Positions 13,362-26,427 of a stretch of 64,000 nucleotides of DNA are shown here, in pieces. The stretch is from contig NC_058368.1 of the NCBI RefSeq assembly GCF_018350175.1, positions 132,248,001 to 132,312,000 of the forward strand, given 5' to 3'. The translations under genes were made by a program, and so were the position numbers. Source of the stretch: Felis catus (lineage: Eukaryota). Every line of letters starts with the position of its first letter. The first letter of the stretch is position 1. Under the pieces are notes generated by a model, which saw nothing but the letters and a program-made list of their open reading frames with translations, made no database searches and was not told where the DNA came from.

Positions 13362-13477
13362 CCTAGAGGAAGTAGGACCTCCTAGGAGGTTACAAATAGG
13401 AGTACTTCCTATTTGTAGTACTTCCTATTTGTAGTACTTCCTATTTCTAGTACTTCCTAGAGGAAGTATGGACCTCC
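13362..13477. repeat. Complex short tandem and inverted repeat built from agtacttcctatttgt units
   Basis: 16-bp unit repeated about 3.7 times from 13401, with several palindromes and flanking direct repeats. Confidence 0.9.
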
Positions 13478-14389
13478 CCAAAAGAGTTTAAGAATAGATA
13501 CCCTGGGAAAAAAATTATTTTCTGAAAGTAAACAGAAATTTGGCTTAACCTAGAAGGAAGCAAAAATTATTCTTTCATTTAAAGTTCTTGTTCCCAGGTA
13601 TTAATGGTCTTCTAATCATGGTTCATGTTGTTCAAAAAATACCAAATCACACAATCAATGGAAGGGCCCTCAGACAATACAGAAGGCATGCATTGTGGTG
13701 ACCTGTGGACAAAGTCTTCTACTCAAAAGTAGATTTTTATTTCCATTCTTTAGAAGTATGTATAGCTTTGTATTAATATGGTCTAATTAAATATATAGAC
13801 AAATCTTATTCTTTGCAGAAGAATAAAATACCATATGAAATAAAATATTAAAAAATCGTATAGATCTTTTTGAAGTGGACATGTATTTAGGAATACAGCA
13901 GCAACAAAGTCCTTTTGAAATGGGTTTGTCTATAGAACTGTACAAGTCACTAAGATCTTACCTATTATTGGCTCTGGGAAAGCAAGGGTAGGAGTATCTC
14001 CAAGATTGATCTAAATTTTTTCTATGTTTTGGGTAGAAAATGTACTACTTATTTTCCTACTAACCATATCTGATATATACAGTAAAACCTGGATTAAAGT
14101 ATTCGGGGGGGATAGTTTTCATATTTTAATTCTTAACTGGACATGAAGTGATAAAAATATTTTTTGCATAATGTTACTAAAATGTGTCTGCTACTTTCCT
14201 GCTACTTTCAAGTAAGTTAAGATCACAATTATTTGAATTAACCCTTAGAAAATAATAATTCTGGATATTTCCATGCATCTGAGTCATCAATTGCCATTAT
14301 GAAATATCACGGATGTAAGTATAACAGGTAGAGGATATGGGTCTGAGAGATGTATATTTAACCCTAGAAGTGTCCCCCCCCCCCGTAGG

Positions 14390-14790
14390 AAATTCCCAAA
14401 CACTTAACCCTAAACACATCCCTCCACAAAAAGTAACTAATATTCTGACTTTTAAAATCATTATTTCCATGCTTGTCTTAGTAATTATACATCTCCCAAT
14501 TATTAATCTGCCTATTTTTGGACTATATAAAAGGAGTCATACTATAGGTTTTCTTTTGTGACTATTCTTTTGTTCAACATTATGAATGTGAAATATACCC
14601 ATGTTGATGTGTATACCTGTAGCTTGTTCATTAATACTGTTCTTTAATATTCCACTTAAGATTATGTAACAATTATCCATTCTTCTATTAACAAACATTT
14701 GCATTATTCCTAATTTCTGAAAATTGCAAATTCTGCTGATAAAGAACATCTTTGTACAGTTCTCCTGGTACAAACGTTTTTCCTTTCTCA
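14390..14790 (-). mobile_element. Ancient L1 (L1ME-like) 3' fragment
   Basis: gtaactaatattctgactttt...cttttgttcaacattatg...acaattatccattcttctattaacaaacattt. Confidence 0.7.
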
Positions 14791-15360
14791 AAAATATTAG
14801 ATGAGTTATCTTCTTATATTTTGTAATTATCTCCATTTAATAAAATGGAAATTATGAATATTGTATTAAATCTAGGGTTCTAGCTAACTGATATAACCCT
14901 ATAATTCTTATGCTAAATCTAGTGTTATTTAGGCTACTTTTATCAAAATAAGAATGGCACTTTTAAGTATAGATGGTTTGTGCTTTGGTCATATGCAAAT
15001 TATTCACTCAGAAAACATAAACTTCATTCATTAATAAATGAAATGAGCACTGTTACTTTCCATCTATGAGATACTATTACAACTTATTATTATTAAGCAG
15101 ATATAACACTTGTCCTGAGCAAAACAATATACATAAAAAGTAGAACTATGATTATTTTCCTATCAGCATCTATTTCACTACAAAGCCTAATCTTAGTTAA
15201 TATCTACAGCATTATAGATAATAATAAACTCTACTTTTGTTTATGCATCTAAGACAAAACAGAAGAAATATGTTTGAGAACATGCTTTTTCCCAGATTAT
15301 GAAATTCTTAGTAGAAAAAATGCATGTTTGAGAACACGCTTTTTCCCAGATTATGAAATT

Positions 15361-15587
15361 TTTTTTAAAAAAAAAATTTTTTTTCAACGTTTATTTATTT
15401 TTGGGACAGAGAGAGACAGAGCATGAATGGGGGAGGGGCAGAGAGAGAAGGAGACACAGAATCGGAAACAGGCTCCAGGCTCTGAGCCATCAGCCCAGAG
15501 CCCGACGCGGGGCTCGAACTCACGGACCGCGAGATCGTGACCTGGCTGAAGTCGGACGCTTAACCGACTGCGCCACCCAGGCGCCCC
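15361..15587 (-). mobile_element. Very young felid Can-SINE
   Basis: CpGs appear intact (cccgacgcggggctcgaactcacggaccgcgagatcgtg); TSD atgaaatt. Confidence 0.97.
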
Positions 15588-16900
15588 ATGAAATTCTTAG
15601 TAAATCAAAATATATTTACATTTCCAGAAATCCTAGCAGCATGATAGCAAAATCATATTTTATGTATTCTACTTCTAATTTAGAGAAGTCTTATTTACAT
15701 AGTTCAAAAATTAGTCTTGAAATGGGAACATGAGCCAGAGTTGAATCTTCAGTTAATATTTACAGATCCCTATGTAAAATATGCACCCTTGGCTTTGTTT
15801 CCAGAATACATGAGCACATTCTCTTAATTGCAATTTTAGATTTATTTTTTACTTAAACAATTATACTATAAAGTACAGACCTTCAGCCACACAGTGGGTC
15901 AATCTAAAAAATAAATCATTTTATATACCCTATACATATCTTAACAGTCTTGTAACAACAACAACAAAAAGTTAACATTTAATGTCAACTCCTATTTGTA
16001 ACACAAAATTGTGCTCATACACCTAAATTAAATGAATCAATTGCATTATCTGTGGTAAGTCAAGTGTCTTATCTACTATGTTATTGTAAACTGCTTTATC
16101 AATATCCACAAAATTAATAGTAACTACCTTCTAAAATAAGTTAGACCTTTCTCTCTTGCCCTCTATATGACTGTGACGCTTGAATATAACTGAATTTGAG
16201 GCTTCCAACATACAAACACTGTAATGATAATGATTTACTCAGTTATCCTCTTTTCTCGATATGTAACTGTGATTTATCAAAGATATTTAGGGGTTAGAGT
16301 GAAGTCCCCAAAATGTGCCTGATTAACATAAGGAAGAGAAACTTGTTTTTCTGTTTCTTGGGCTCCATATAAAAAGAGGGTCCAATCTATGAAATTGGTT
16401 TCCATTTAAAGATTATTGATACTGATCTTCAAAGGTAATTGCTACAAGACAATGTGAGTGTCTTGGTCATCCTGTTCATCTTATATCACTTTACTTGTAG
16501 ATTCTTCTTTCTAGTTCACCTTCAACAATCATATTGCCTTTCTTTATTCAGCTTCCATCCTTTCTGTGAAAACGGCTAGTCTGTATTTAATTTGGAACTG
16601 TAGGAAATTTTGCTATGGATCTCTGACAGTTCAAACAATTTAACAGACTTTAATTTAAATAGAGCAATAGTTGATTCACAGAGGCTCTGGAATTTTTGAA
16701 AACTATATGAAATTACTCTGTACTACCGCTAAGTGGTGGAAAATGTATGGAAAACTGGCCTAAACTACTTCTGGCTGTCTTCCACTGCCTGGTAAATTAG
16801 CCCATAGTCATCAATGAGTGTGAGCCATGATACCAGGTTCATCTTTCTCTATTTTCTAAATAAGTCAATAAGTCCCGCAGGCAGATAGGAAGGACACTAC

Positions 16901-17036
16901 CTGCAAAGCCGTCGTCGAAAACATCAGAAGCTGGCATAACACGTCCATTTTAACGGAAATGGGTTCTTTATTATTTAATCAGGACGGCTTCTGGGCGATT
17001 CATGAACCACTTATTGAATCACCGAGTTTAAGAAAT
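16901..17036 (-). other. ADAMTS6: Candidate alternative ADAMTS6 exon (poison cassette or terminal exon) encoding (E)FLKLGDSISGS*
   Basis: Acceptor is a T-tract plus cag, then ATTTCTT; donor TTTGCAG|gtagtg. In-frame TGA at 17000-17002, AATAAA at 16967-16972 on the minus strand, 8 CpGs in 136 bp. Confidence 0.6.
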
Positions 17037-18999
17037 CTGAAAAAAAATATTGGGAGTTGGTAAACACCATCTCCTGATTGATCAATAGCACCTAGTGTTT
17101 CAGAAAGACACGAGAGAATTTACTTTACTGGCATTTAAAGGCCATGGAATTGTTTTCAGTTGAACATAGTGAATAGTGAATGTCTATAAATCATAGAAAG
17201 CTCATTGTTAAAATCCACCATCATCTTGGGCCTATACAGTCACTAAGTAAAGAAAGGTATGCATTTTGTTGGCTGGGCTGCAGTTCCTAAACAATTCATC
17301 TTTCAAGATTTCTTTTTCTTGAGAAGAGAAACTAAAATAAAATGTTATGAGTCTTTTTGAGCCAACTATAAAACATAAATGTAACCTCAATCCCTGATCA
17401 AAATATCACTGGATTTTTAAAAATATCACACATAGCTGTTAAAGCAATTAAGCCAACTGCATTAATAAAAAGGAACAAAGAAATTCAAGAAAGTTACTAT
17501 TATGTCTTTGTGCTCCAGTGAACTGACCTTTTTAAAGGGCCCTGTGTTTAAAAAACCTTTATTGCTTGGTCAGATTATAATCAGAGTTGTTTAGTTTATT
17601 ATTAAAGAGGGAAAAAAAGCCAATTTTCCCCAAGTCTCTACACATTGTCTTTAGTATCTTTTACTGATGGCTTTAACTTTGTGAGCATTCCCATGAGGAT
17701 GCACAACAGAAATATTTTCATAAAATACAGGATAAATAAGCCCTTTAGAACCCTGTCAACATTAATCATGCTTACATACAAAATGCAAAGAGGCAATAAG
17801 GCTTAAATAATGCTTTTTGGATTAATTCTTTTAATTAATTCAATGGAACACTTTCCTGTACCTAGTAATAATTTTACATCTCTCACCAAACCATTGGTGA
17901 TTTCTTAACAGTATTTTATTAGTAATTTAGGGATTCCCTTTCGGGGATTGTTTTTTAACAGTCTTAATACAGTTTTGACTACGCAGGGTCTGGCAAGAGA
18001 TCAAAACTGGTGCTTATATTAGGTATACAGAGATGGTCCTAGCAAATAGACTGTGCAAAATAAACAGGATAGAGGAGAAAGAAAATAGTACTTGAAAAAA
18101 AAAAAAAAGAGGAGACAAGCCTTCAAAAATTCACAGGAATATTGAGCATGTTATACAGTTTGTCTTTCTGGTGATAGACACTAAGATTCCATTATAAAAA
18201 CATGAGCCAAGTCAAAGGAGAAATTCCAGATCTGGCTTGATTTCTGGGGAGAGCAGATCTTCAACAATGTTTAAAATTTAGGTAATATGATCTCATTAAA
18301 AACATCTTGGAAAATGATAATGCTACTGCTTTGTGTTAAAAACTGCCCAAAGATGTGCAACAAATTCTCTGTGGTCTATCTTTATAGCCTTCAGTCCAGT
18401 TTTGGCACTAAGCAAGCAGTGTCATAATTACTTATTACTAAAATTAAAAATATTTAGGTTATAGCATAATTATTCAGAGGAATTACATTCTGATATGAAT
18501 TTCCAATTCCTTCTATTTCATTATTATATTAATTAATTCAAAAAGGCTCAGTTTAAACATTTACCTTTTGATCTCTGATTGTTGAAAGCACTGTGATAGG
18601 TAATTTAAAATCTCTTGTTTGGGGCTTAAAAATTTGTAACTTTAAGTTTTCAGAATGTGATTATAATGAATAATATTACCTTACATAGCTTTTCTGAATC
18701 TTTAAAGTTTTACACCATAGTCATGTAAATGTGAACTTTGAACAAAGACAATTTTTAAAAAGAATTTCTGTTGTTCACAAGTGCTTTATCTATGAGTCAC
18801 TTTTTCACAGAGTATTTAATCTCTCCCACCCAAGAAAAAAATGGCACAAAACGGTTGAAGATAATGATAGAGCAATAATGCTTAAAGCCTCAATATTATT
18901 TAAAATAATATTTACCACTTAATGAATGTCTATTGTACTTCATACACATTATGACATTGTATATAGCTATATATATAACAACTTGATGATGCATGTATT

Positions 19000-19130
19000 A
19001 TTATGTAACTCATTTAACAAGTGAGGTCACTGAAGATTAGGAAAGGTTAAGTAACATGCTAATGGTTGCACAGTTAGAAAGTGAGACCTAAGTCTTACAT
19101 GAGTTTCCAAAGTCCAGTCCTGAAGTCCTA
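19000..19130 (-). mobile_element. MIR fragment
   Basis: tttaacaagtgagg..actgaag..aggttaagtaacatgc..ggttgcacagttag matches the MIR core. Confidence 0.6.
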
Positions 19131-19749
19131 TACAGGCGAGATGTGAAAGAATATCTGCTTTCATAAACACAGTTATACCTGAGCTAATTTACATATCTCA
19201 CATTTAAGTAATCACAAACTTGGAATATACATTAAAAGATTAGGAAAGAAGTTCTCAAACTGTAGAAAAGATGAGTCACTTATTAAATTTCAAATTAAAT
19301 TTTCATTTTCTCATTTTCATTTCTTGGGTGTTTGGTTTTTTGTTGTTGTTGTTTGTTACTATTAATACTTTAGCATTCATTCCTAAAAAACTCAGTTTTT
19401 TCAACAACAAAATGAAATATATCATCACTGAATTAAAGTTTGGCCTACGCTCTATTAAACTGTGTAAATTTAAATTCTTTCTGACATTGTTTCCCATTGA
19501 TTGAACATTTCTGACACTCACATCATCAACCCCGTTTATATCCTTGCTCCAGCTTCTCTAATCTACCAAGTTCTTTTTTGAGTATGAAGGAAAAAATTTG
19601 CCACAGCGATATATTAAAGTATTTTGGGAACAGCCTGAAATATCACCCTATAAAAGTTACTCATTATGCAGTTTTAAGCACTACATATTAGGCTTCTACC
19701 AAGGGCTTACTTCTGGAGCAATTCATCATCACTCTCTAGAGATTACTTA

Positions 19750-19902
<153 letters not shown>

Positions 19903-20149
19903 TTAGCAAGGAAAAAACATAAGAAACATGAAAGAAAGAAATAAAATAAATAAACGAACCCCCAATGTATCCTTTATTTCCTTATTTGATCATTCATTAG
20001 CCTTACCAACATATACTTTCTATCAAGATCCTCTAAGGAAATACAAGATTAATACAAGATTAAAGTTAAGGAGACCACAGAATATTTCTATGATACAATT
20101 TATTTTTATATCTCTTTAATTGATCATATACTTTCAAATGGTAGCTCAT

Positions 20150-20310
20150 ATGATACAATCTTTCCCTGAATAGATAGGGGATGTATATTAGTTCTCACTT
20201 TATAGGTATGAAAAACTGAAGTTTAGTAAAATTAAATGACCTATTAAAGATCATACAGTTAGTAAATGTTAGTAGAAACTGCCTTTTAACATCCTAGAGT
20301 TTGTTTCCTC
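20150..20310 (-). mobile_element. MIR fragment
   Basis: ctcactttataggtatgaaaaactgaagtttagtaaaattaaatgacc...gatcatacagttagtaa. Confidence 0.65.
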
Positions 20311-22621
20311 CCTATGCTGAATCTAAAAGGGAATTAGAAAAAGATGGTTATAATCCATTGAGTTCTAGGTTAAAGGCCAAATCCAAAAATCTTTTTTTCT
20401 TAGTAATATAAAGGAGAATTAAATACATATGTAATTTATGTTTGTATATGTGTTTTCAAAACACCTTTTGAAAAATCTTGATACATTTAAGGATTATGGC
20501 TAGAGAGATTTTCTTTACCTTGGTTTCCTTTCATTATTCAAAGCTTGTCTTTGTCATCCCCCTACCCTGGGTCCTATACCCATGTTTAGTGCTATCATCA
20601 ATGTGATATAAAAACATATCTCAATGATAAATCATAAATTTTCCTATAAAGGATATGTCCACTGCATATGAATAAATTTTAGTCTTTTTTCACAGGTGGT
20701 CAAAGGTTTATGTTGAATATTACTGAAAACATAAAGTTATGTGTCTATTGTGACATCCTAATAAATGTACCAGGATATGTATAAAAGGAAATAAGTAATT
20801 TGTGTGACAAGAGTATAAAACATATTGATGACAACTGCTGGAGAAAAAATTTGAAAGGTAGTTGAGAATAGAGAATTACAATAAATGAAAGTAAATATTA
20901 ATACTTTTGGCATGTAGAGATGCTGAAGGTTTGTGAGTAAGAGCAAGTGAATATTTCAGAGTAGGAGAATATGGAATTGATTTGTATTTTGGACAGGTCA
21001 TTACAGTAACTCTATGGTCCAGACATTGGAGTGAGAAGACAATGGAGGCAGGGAAAACAGATGGAACAAAAAGCAGTGGGGAAGAGAATGAGGCAGAGAA
21101 CTGATGTAGGTCTGAACTAGGGCACTAAGATAGGTGGGATTAGATGTGAGACATGTTTAAGAAGCTGAGTGGATTGGTCTTCATAAATACAACATAAAAG
21201 AGCTATAATAAAGACATAAAATATGTGGGGAAAGGAGAAACTAGGAATTCATGCAGAGGAACTAACAAAAGCAAAGGAAGAGAAACATATGAGATTGTAT
21301 ATCCAGAGCCCTAAATTAAAACACCAAATAACCTTCCATGAACACCAGTATTTAGTCTTCTTATTTGACATCAACACATTGGAATCAATCTCTTTGAATG
21401 GTCTTCTAAGAAAATGATGGCAGAGTTTATAGTTTATTGAATTAGATATTATTCTGTCAAAACAATCAGCTGCAGAGTTACATAATAAGCTCCTTAATGT
21501 AAATTTTTAATTCAATAAACTTAAAATTTATACTTCTCTCAAAGATTGATGTTACCATGTGAATACTACTATGATTCTTTTAAAAAGATGATAGCTTAAA
21601 AAAAATTATTTCCTTTTAGCAACAGACTTATACATATTCCTGAGACATGTTAAGATAGGTGTAGGCAGACACAGATGGCTGTAAGAAAATAATTTTTGAG
21701 ATCTTTAATTTCCTTATGTACTCTTTTCTAAAAAAAAAAAAAAAAGTCAAGCTTCTCCTTTTAAGATCTTATTTCTCCCACCTTATAAAAGAAAAGCTTA
21801 TCCTTCACCTATCCATAATTTTACAATAGTTCATTGCCTTGGGGTATAAAAATGTGTCAAGAAAAGAGATAATCAGAATTATTTGGTGTTAGTGTTGAGA
21901 AAAAGAATGACTTTAATGAATGAATAACATATCACGTAGTTACTTATTTTCATCAAGTTTACGAGAGGATATAATCAAATTAACAGTTGATGGGTTATTA
22001 AAAAATCTTTTTGATGCTAGATCACCAATGGTTATGTTCTGACAAATAATACAAAAGGAGTTCAAAGAAGTGAATGATATTTCTATAATAAATTCCTTTC
22101 ACCTATTTATGTGAACAAATTTTGTCAGCATTCACCTCTGTAAAAAAAAAAATCAGAGTCGAATTGATGTTGAAATTCTGCCTCATTCTAGCAATAGAGA
22201 GACAAATGCAGTAACTGAAAAAAATATAAATAATTAAAGGAACATTTTTCTATAAAACTTTACTTTTAGATTTAATTATGTATTAAAATGTGTAATATGT
22301 ATATGTGTTTCTGGTCAATGATTGACTAATAATGATTGTAATGTAATGAATCTATAATCCAGAAAAAAAATTTCCTTCATTATCACAGGAAATTTTTAAA
22401 ATGTAATTGCAATTTATATGCATTTTGTGATAAAGATATTTGATATAATTAAAACACATTTAAGTATGAAAATATATTTTAAGGTATATTAAGAAATATT
22501 AAAATATACATCAGGATAATATTCTGGTTGGGAAAGATGAAGCATATATATTGAGTTAAAGGAGTGAAAAAATGATGTAAATTTTGACTATGAAAAAGAC
22601 CATGTTCACATTGTTTTCACT

Positions 22622-22813
22622 AAAAAAAATTTTTTATGTTTATTTTTTTAGAGAGAGTGCAAGAGGGGGAAGGGCAGAAAGAGAGGGAGACACAGAATCT
22701 GAAGCAGGCTCCAGGCTCGGAGCTGTCAGCACAGAACCTGACGTGGGGCTCCAACTCACAATCTGTGAGATCATGACCTGAGCCGAAGTCCGACTGAGCC
22801 ACCCAGATGCCCC
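22622..22813 (-). mobile_element. Felid Can-SINE
   Basis: Antisense copy ending acccagatgcccc. Confidence 0.92.
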
Positions 22814-22826
22814 TGTTCATAGTTTT

Positions 22827-23067
22827 TATTTTTATTTATTTATTTTTTTTTTATTAATTTTTTTTTTCCAACGTTTATTTATTTTTGGGACAGAGACAGA
22901 GCACGAACGGGGGAGGGGCAGAGAGAGAGGGAGACACAGAATCGGAAACAGGCTCCAGTCTCTGAGCTGTCAGCCCAGAGCCCGACGCGGGGCTCGAACT
23001 CACAGACCGCGAGATCGTGACCTGGCTGAAGTCGGACGCTTAACCGACTGCGCCACCCAGGCGCCCC
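22827..23067 (-). mobile_element. Very young felid Can-SINE
   Basis: CpG-intact; TSD gttcatagttttt. Confidence 0.96.
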
Positions 23068-23217
23068 AGTTCATAGTTTTTAAATGCATAATGAAAGTTA
23101 GCAAAATGTAATGGCATTTAGATTCAATTGATACATTTCAAAGAGGTATATAACATTTTATTTTTTGCATGCTAGTATTTACAGTATTCCAGAAATTCTA
23201 TCATTTTCTAATAAAGG

Positions 23218-23680
23218 TTGAGATTGTGCCATTTGTGACAACATGGATGGAACTAGAGGGTATTATGCTAAGTGAAGTAAGTCAGACTTGAGAAAGACAA
23301 AACCAATTTGATTTCACTCAAGTGTGGAATCTAAAAAACAAAACAAAACAAAAGAACAGACAAAAAAAAAAAAAGCAGAATCAGACCTATAAATACAGAG
23401 AACAAAATTATAGTTGTCAGATGGGAGGAGGCTAGGGATATGGGCAAAATGAGTGAAAAAAGAGTGGGAAATACAGGCTTCATGTTATGGAATGAATAAA
23501 TCAGAGGAACGAAAGGCACAGCTTAGGGTTATACAGTCATATTGTAATAGCATTTTATGGTATCAGAGGGTAGCTATGCTTGTGACAAGCACAGTATAAC
23601 ATACAAACTTGTTAAAATACTATGTTGTATACCTGAAACTAATGTAACATTGTATGCCAACCATACTCAAAATTTTTTTA
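23218..23680 (+). mobile_element. Carnivore L1 3' end
   Basis: gccatttgtgacaacatggatggaactagagggtattatgctaagtgaa...tgttgtatacctgaaactaatgtaacattgtatg. Confidence 0.9.
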
Positions 23681-23727
23681 AAGCTCATGAATGCAAACTG
23701 GTGCAGCCGCTCTGGAAAATAGTGCTT

Positions 23728-23917
23728 GGGTACTTGGGTGGCTCTTTCAGTTGGGCATCTGACTCTTGGTTTCCACTCAGGTTATGATCTCACAGCTTGT
23801 GAGTTCAAGCCCTGCACTGGGCTCTGCAGAGACTGCTTGGACTACTCTCTCCCTCCATCTCTGCCACTCCCCTACTCACACACGCTTTCTCTCAAAATAA
23901 ATAAACTTAAAAAAAAA
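23728..23917 (+). mobile_element. Older Can-SINE
   Basis: Diverged head gggtacttgggtggctc; TSD core agctcatgaat. Confidence 0.88.
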
Positions 23918-24137
23918 CAGCTCATGAATTCTAGTACATGAAGGAGGAAACCTTACAAGTTCTATTTCTACTAACAATCTTTAGTTGTCAGATGCAGATA
24001 GTTGTCTTAAGGACTTAGGTTTAATTGTCTAAGAGAATGTCAAGTAAAATAGGGGTTTACAACTGCTGTTCATGACATCAACTTCAAAAGATCCCTCTAA
24101 GAGGCTGATTGTGCTAGAGTATAACGCACAAGCGTGC

Positions 24138-24140
<3 letters not shown>

Positions 24141-24179
<39 letters not shown>
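24141..24179. repeat. (CA)n microsatellite
   Basis: Directly visible. Confidence 0.95.
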
Positions 24180-24181
<2 letters not shown>

Positions 24182-24349
24182 ATGTAAAGATAGTTTCCCT
24201 CCTGAGGAAAGTCTATCTCAGTGAAGAGTTGGTAAAAGAAGTGAAACTCATTAGTGATCAGAAAGAATAAACAAGAGTCCACTTTAAAACCACCATAATA
24301 GCAAAAATTAGAATGTTATCTAGAACAAAGCATATGGTCAGGGCGGCTG

Positions 24350-25846
24350 TTCTAGAGAGCAATTCAGCAGTACTTTGTCAAATTAAATAGGCAGATATAT
24401 TATGACCCAACAATTCTAATCTTGGCTATATATCACAGGAATACTCCCAAAGGGAACATGTAGGAAGATGTTCATAACAGAATTATTTATGACAGCAAGT
24501 TGTTGAAGATAATCTAGGTGTCTGTCACTAGGGAACGGATAAGTAAACGTTGGCTGATGCATATTATGGGATACTGAGCAGAAATTGGAAGCAGCAAACA
24601 AGATAGATGTCTACACATAAATATGGGTGGATCTTAAAAACTGAAAAAATTAAGAAAAAGATTGATAGCATTATATCATATATATAAGCAAAAATTACAT
24701 ACACGCTCTCAAATAACAACAAAAGGCCAAGGAATTGTTCCAAATTAAAGACTAAAGAAACATAACTAAATGCAATAGAAACTGGATTGGATGGGAGAAA
24801 GAGTTATAAAACACATTGCTGGGACAATTGATGAAATATGAATACAGACTGCATATTCAATAATAGTAGTATATCAATGTTAAAATTTCTAGTTTGGTAA
24901 TTATACTGTGGTATATAAGAGATTATCTTTTCTTCTCAGGAAACAAACTGAAATATTAAGGGAAAAGGCACATGTCTACAACTTACTGCCAAACACCTCA
25001 GAAAAAAAATACACGTACATATACAGAAAGAAAGATTTAAAGTAAATGTTGCTGAATAGACACATTTCCAAAGAAGACATCCAGATGGCCAACAGACACA
25101 CATCACTCCTCATCAGGGAAATACAAATCAAAGCCACACTGAGATACCATCTCACACTGGTCAGAATGGCTAAAATGAACAAATCAGGAAACTATAGATG
25201 CTGGTGAGAATGTGGAGAAATGGGAACTCTCTTGCACTGTTGGTGGGAATGCAAACTGGTGCAGCCGCTCTGGAAAATAGTGCGGAGGTTCCTCAAAAAA
25301 TTAAAAATAGAACCACCCTACAACCCAGTAATAGCACTGCTAGGAATTCACCCAAGGCATACAGGGGTGCTGATGCATAGGGGCACTTGTACCCCAATGT
25401 TTATAGCAGCACTTTCAACAGTAGCCAAATTATGGAAAGAACCTAAATGTCCATCAACTGATGAATGGATAAAGAAGATGTGGTTTATACATACAATGGA
25501 ATACTACTTGGCAATGACAAAGAATGAAATCATGCCATTTGCAGAAACGTGGATGCAACTGGAGGGTATTATGCTAAGTGAAATAAGTCAGTCAGAGAAA
25601 GACAGATATCATATGTTTTCACTCATATGTGGATCTTGAGAAACTTAACAAAAGGCCATGTGGGAAGGGAAGGGGAAAAAATTAGTTACAGAGAGTGGGG
25701 GAGGCTCTTAAACACAGAGAACAAACTGAAGGTAGATGGGAGGTGGGGGAGTGGGGAAAGTGGGTGATAGGCATTGAGGAGGGCACTTGTTGGAATAAAC
25801 ATTGGGTGTTGTACATAAGCCAATTTGACAATAAATTATATTAAAA

Positions 25847-25881
<35 letters not shown>

Positions 25882-26000
25882 AATAAGATATTAATTATAC
25901 TTGAATCTGAGTGAAGGGCATATGGGAAATTTTTCCATTATATTAATTTTTCTGTAAGCTTGAAATTATTTCAAAAGTTAAAAGGCTAAAAAATAAACAC
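24350..26000 (+). mobile_element. Ancient L1 (L1ME-like) 3' region hosting a younger L1
   Basis: tatgacccaacaattc, ggaagatgttcataacagaattattt, gtatatcaatgttaaaatttc...gtaagcttgaaattatttcaaaa. Confidence 0.65.
25053..25884 (+). mobile_element. Felid L1 3' end (ORF2 C-terminus, 3'UTR, (TAAA)n tail)
   Basis: ORF 25220-25639 translates to the L1 ORF2 C-terminus ([14 protein letters not shown]...KYHMFSLICG-like). Confidence 0.96.
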
Positions 26001-26215
26001 ATACACATATAAAACATGTGACATTTTACAAGGATACATATGAATTCAAATATACACATAAAATTTATTAGAGTAGTTACCTATGGAAGAAAAGAAACTG
26101 GAATGGGAAACAGGATTATAGAAACAAATACATATTTACATATATTAACCAAGAAGGGTCCTTGGTGGGTATGATAATGATATTGTGCTAAGAACTGAGG
26201 ATACAAAGATAAAAG

Positions 26216-26227
26216 ATAGATGGATGC

Positions 26228-26276
<49 letters not shown>

Positions 26277-26300
26277 CAGAAGATAGATGATAGATAGATC
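26216..26300. repeat. (GATA)n tetranucleotide microsatellite
   Basis: Directly visible. Confidence 0.95.
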
Positions 26301-26427
26301 AATAAACGTAAAACAAACTCAACTCTCTGCTCTTGAGTTCAAAAATAATAATTAAAAAAAAAAAGAATAAGAACAAAAGAGAGTTTGGTGAACATGGGGT
26401 CCACTCGGATGAGTTAACAGTGGTAAC

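Larger units (their letters stand above)
21950..23215 (+). mobile_element. hAT/Charlie-like DNA transposon fossil (transposase C-terminus), interrupted by two SINEs
   Basis: acctatttatgtgaacaaattttgtcagcattcacctctgtaaaaa...gaattgatgttgaa resembles the hAT dimerisation motif TYLCEQxFSxLxxxKxKxRxR. Confidence 0.55.

Noticed and set aside
13401..13460. Short regularly spaced repeats resembling a CRISPR array
   Set aside because: Mammalian DNA; the units are head-to-tail with no unique spacers.
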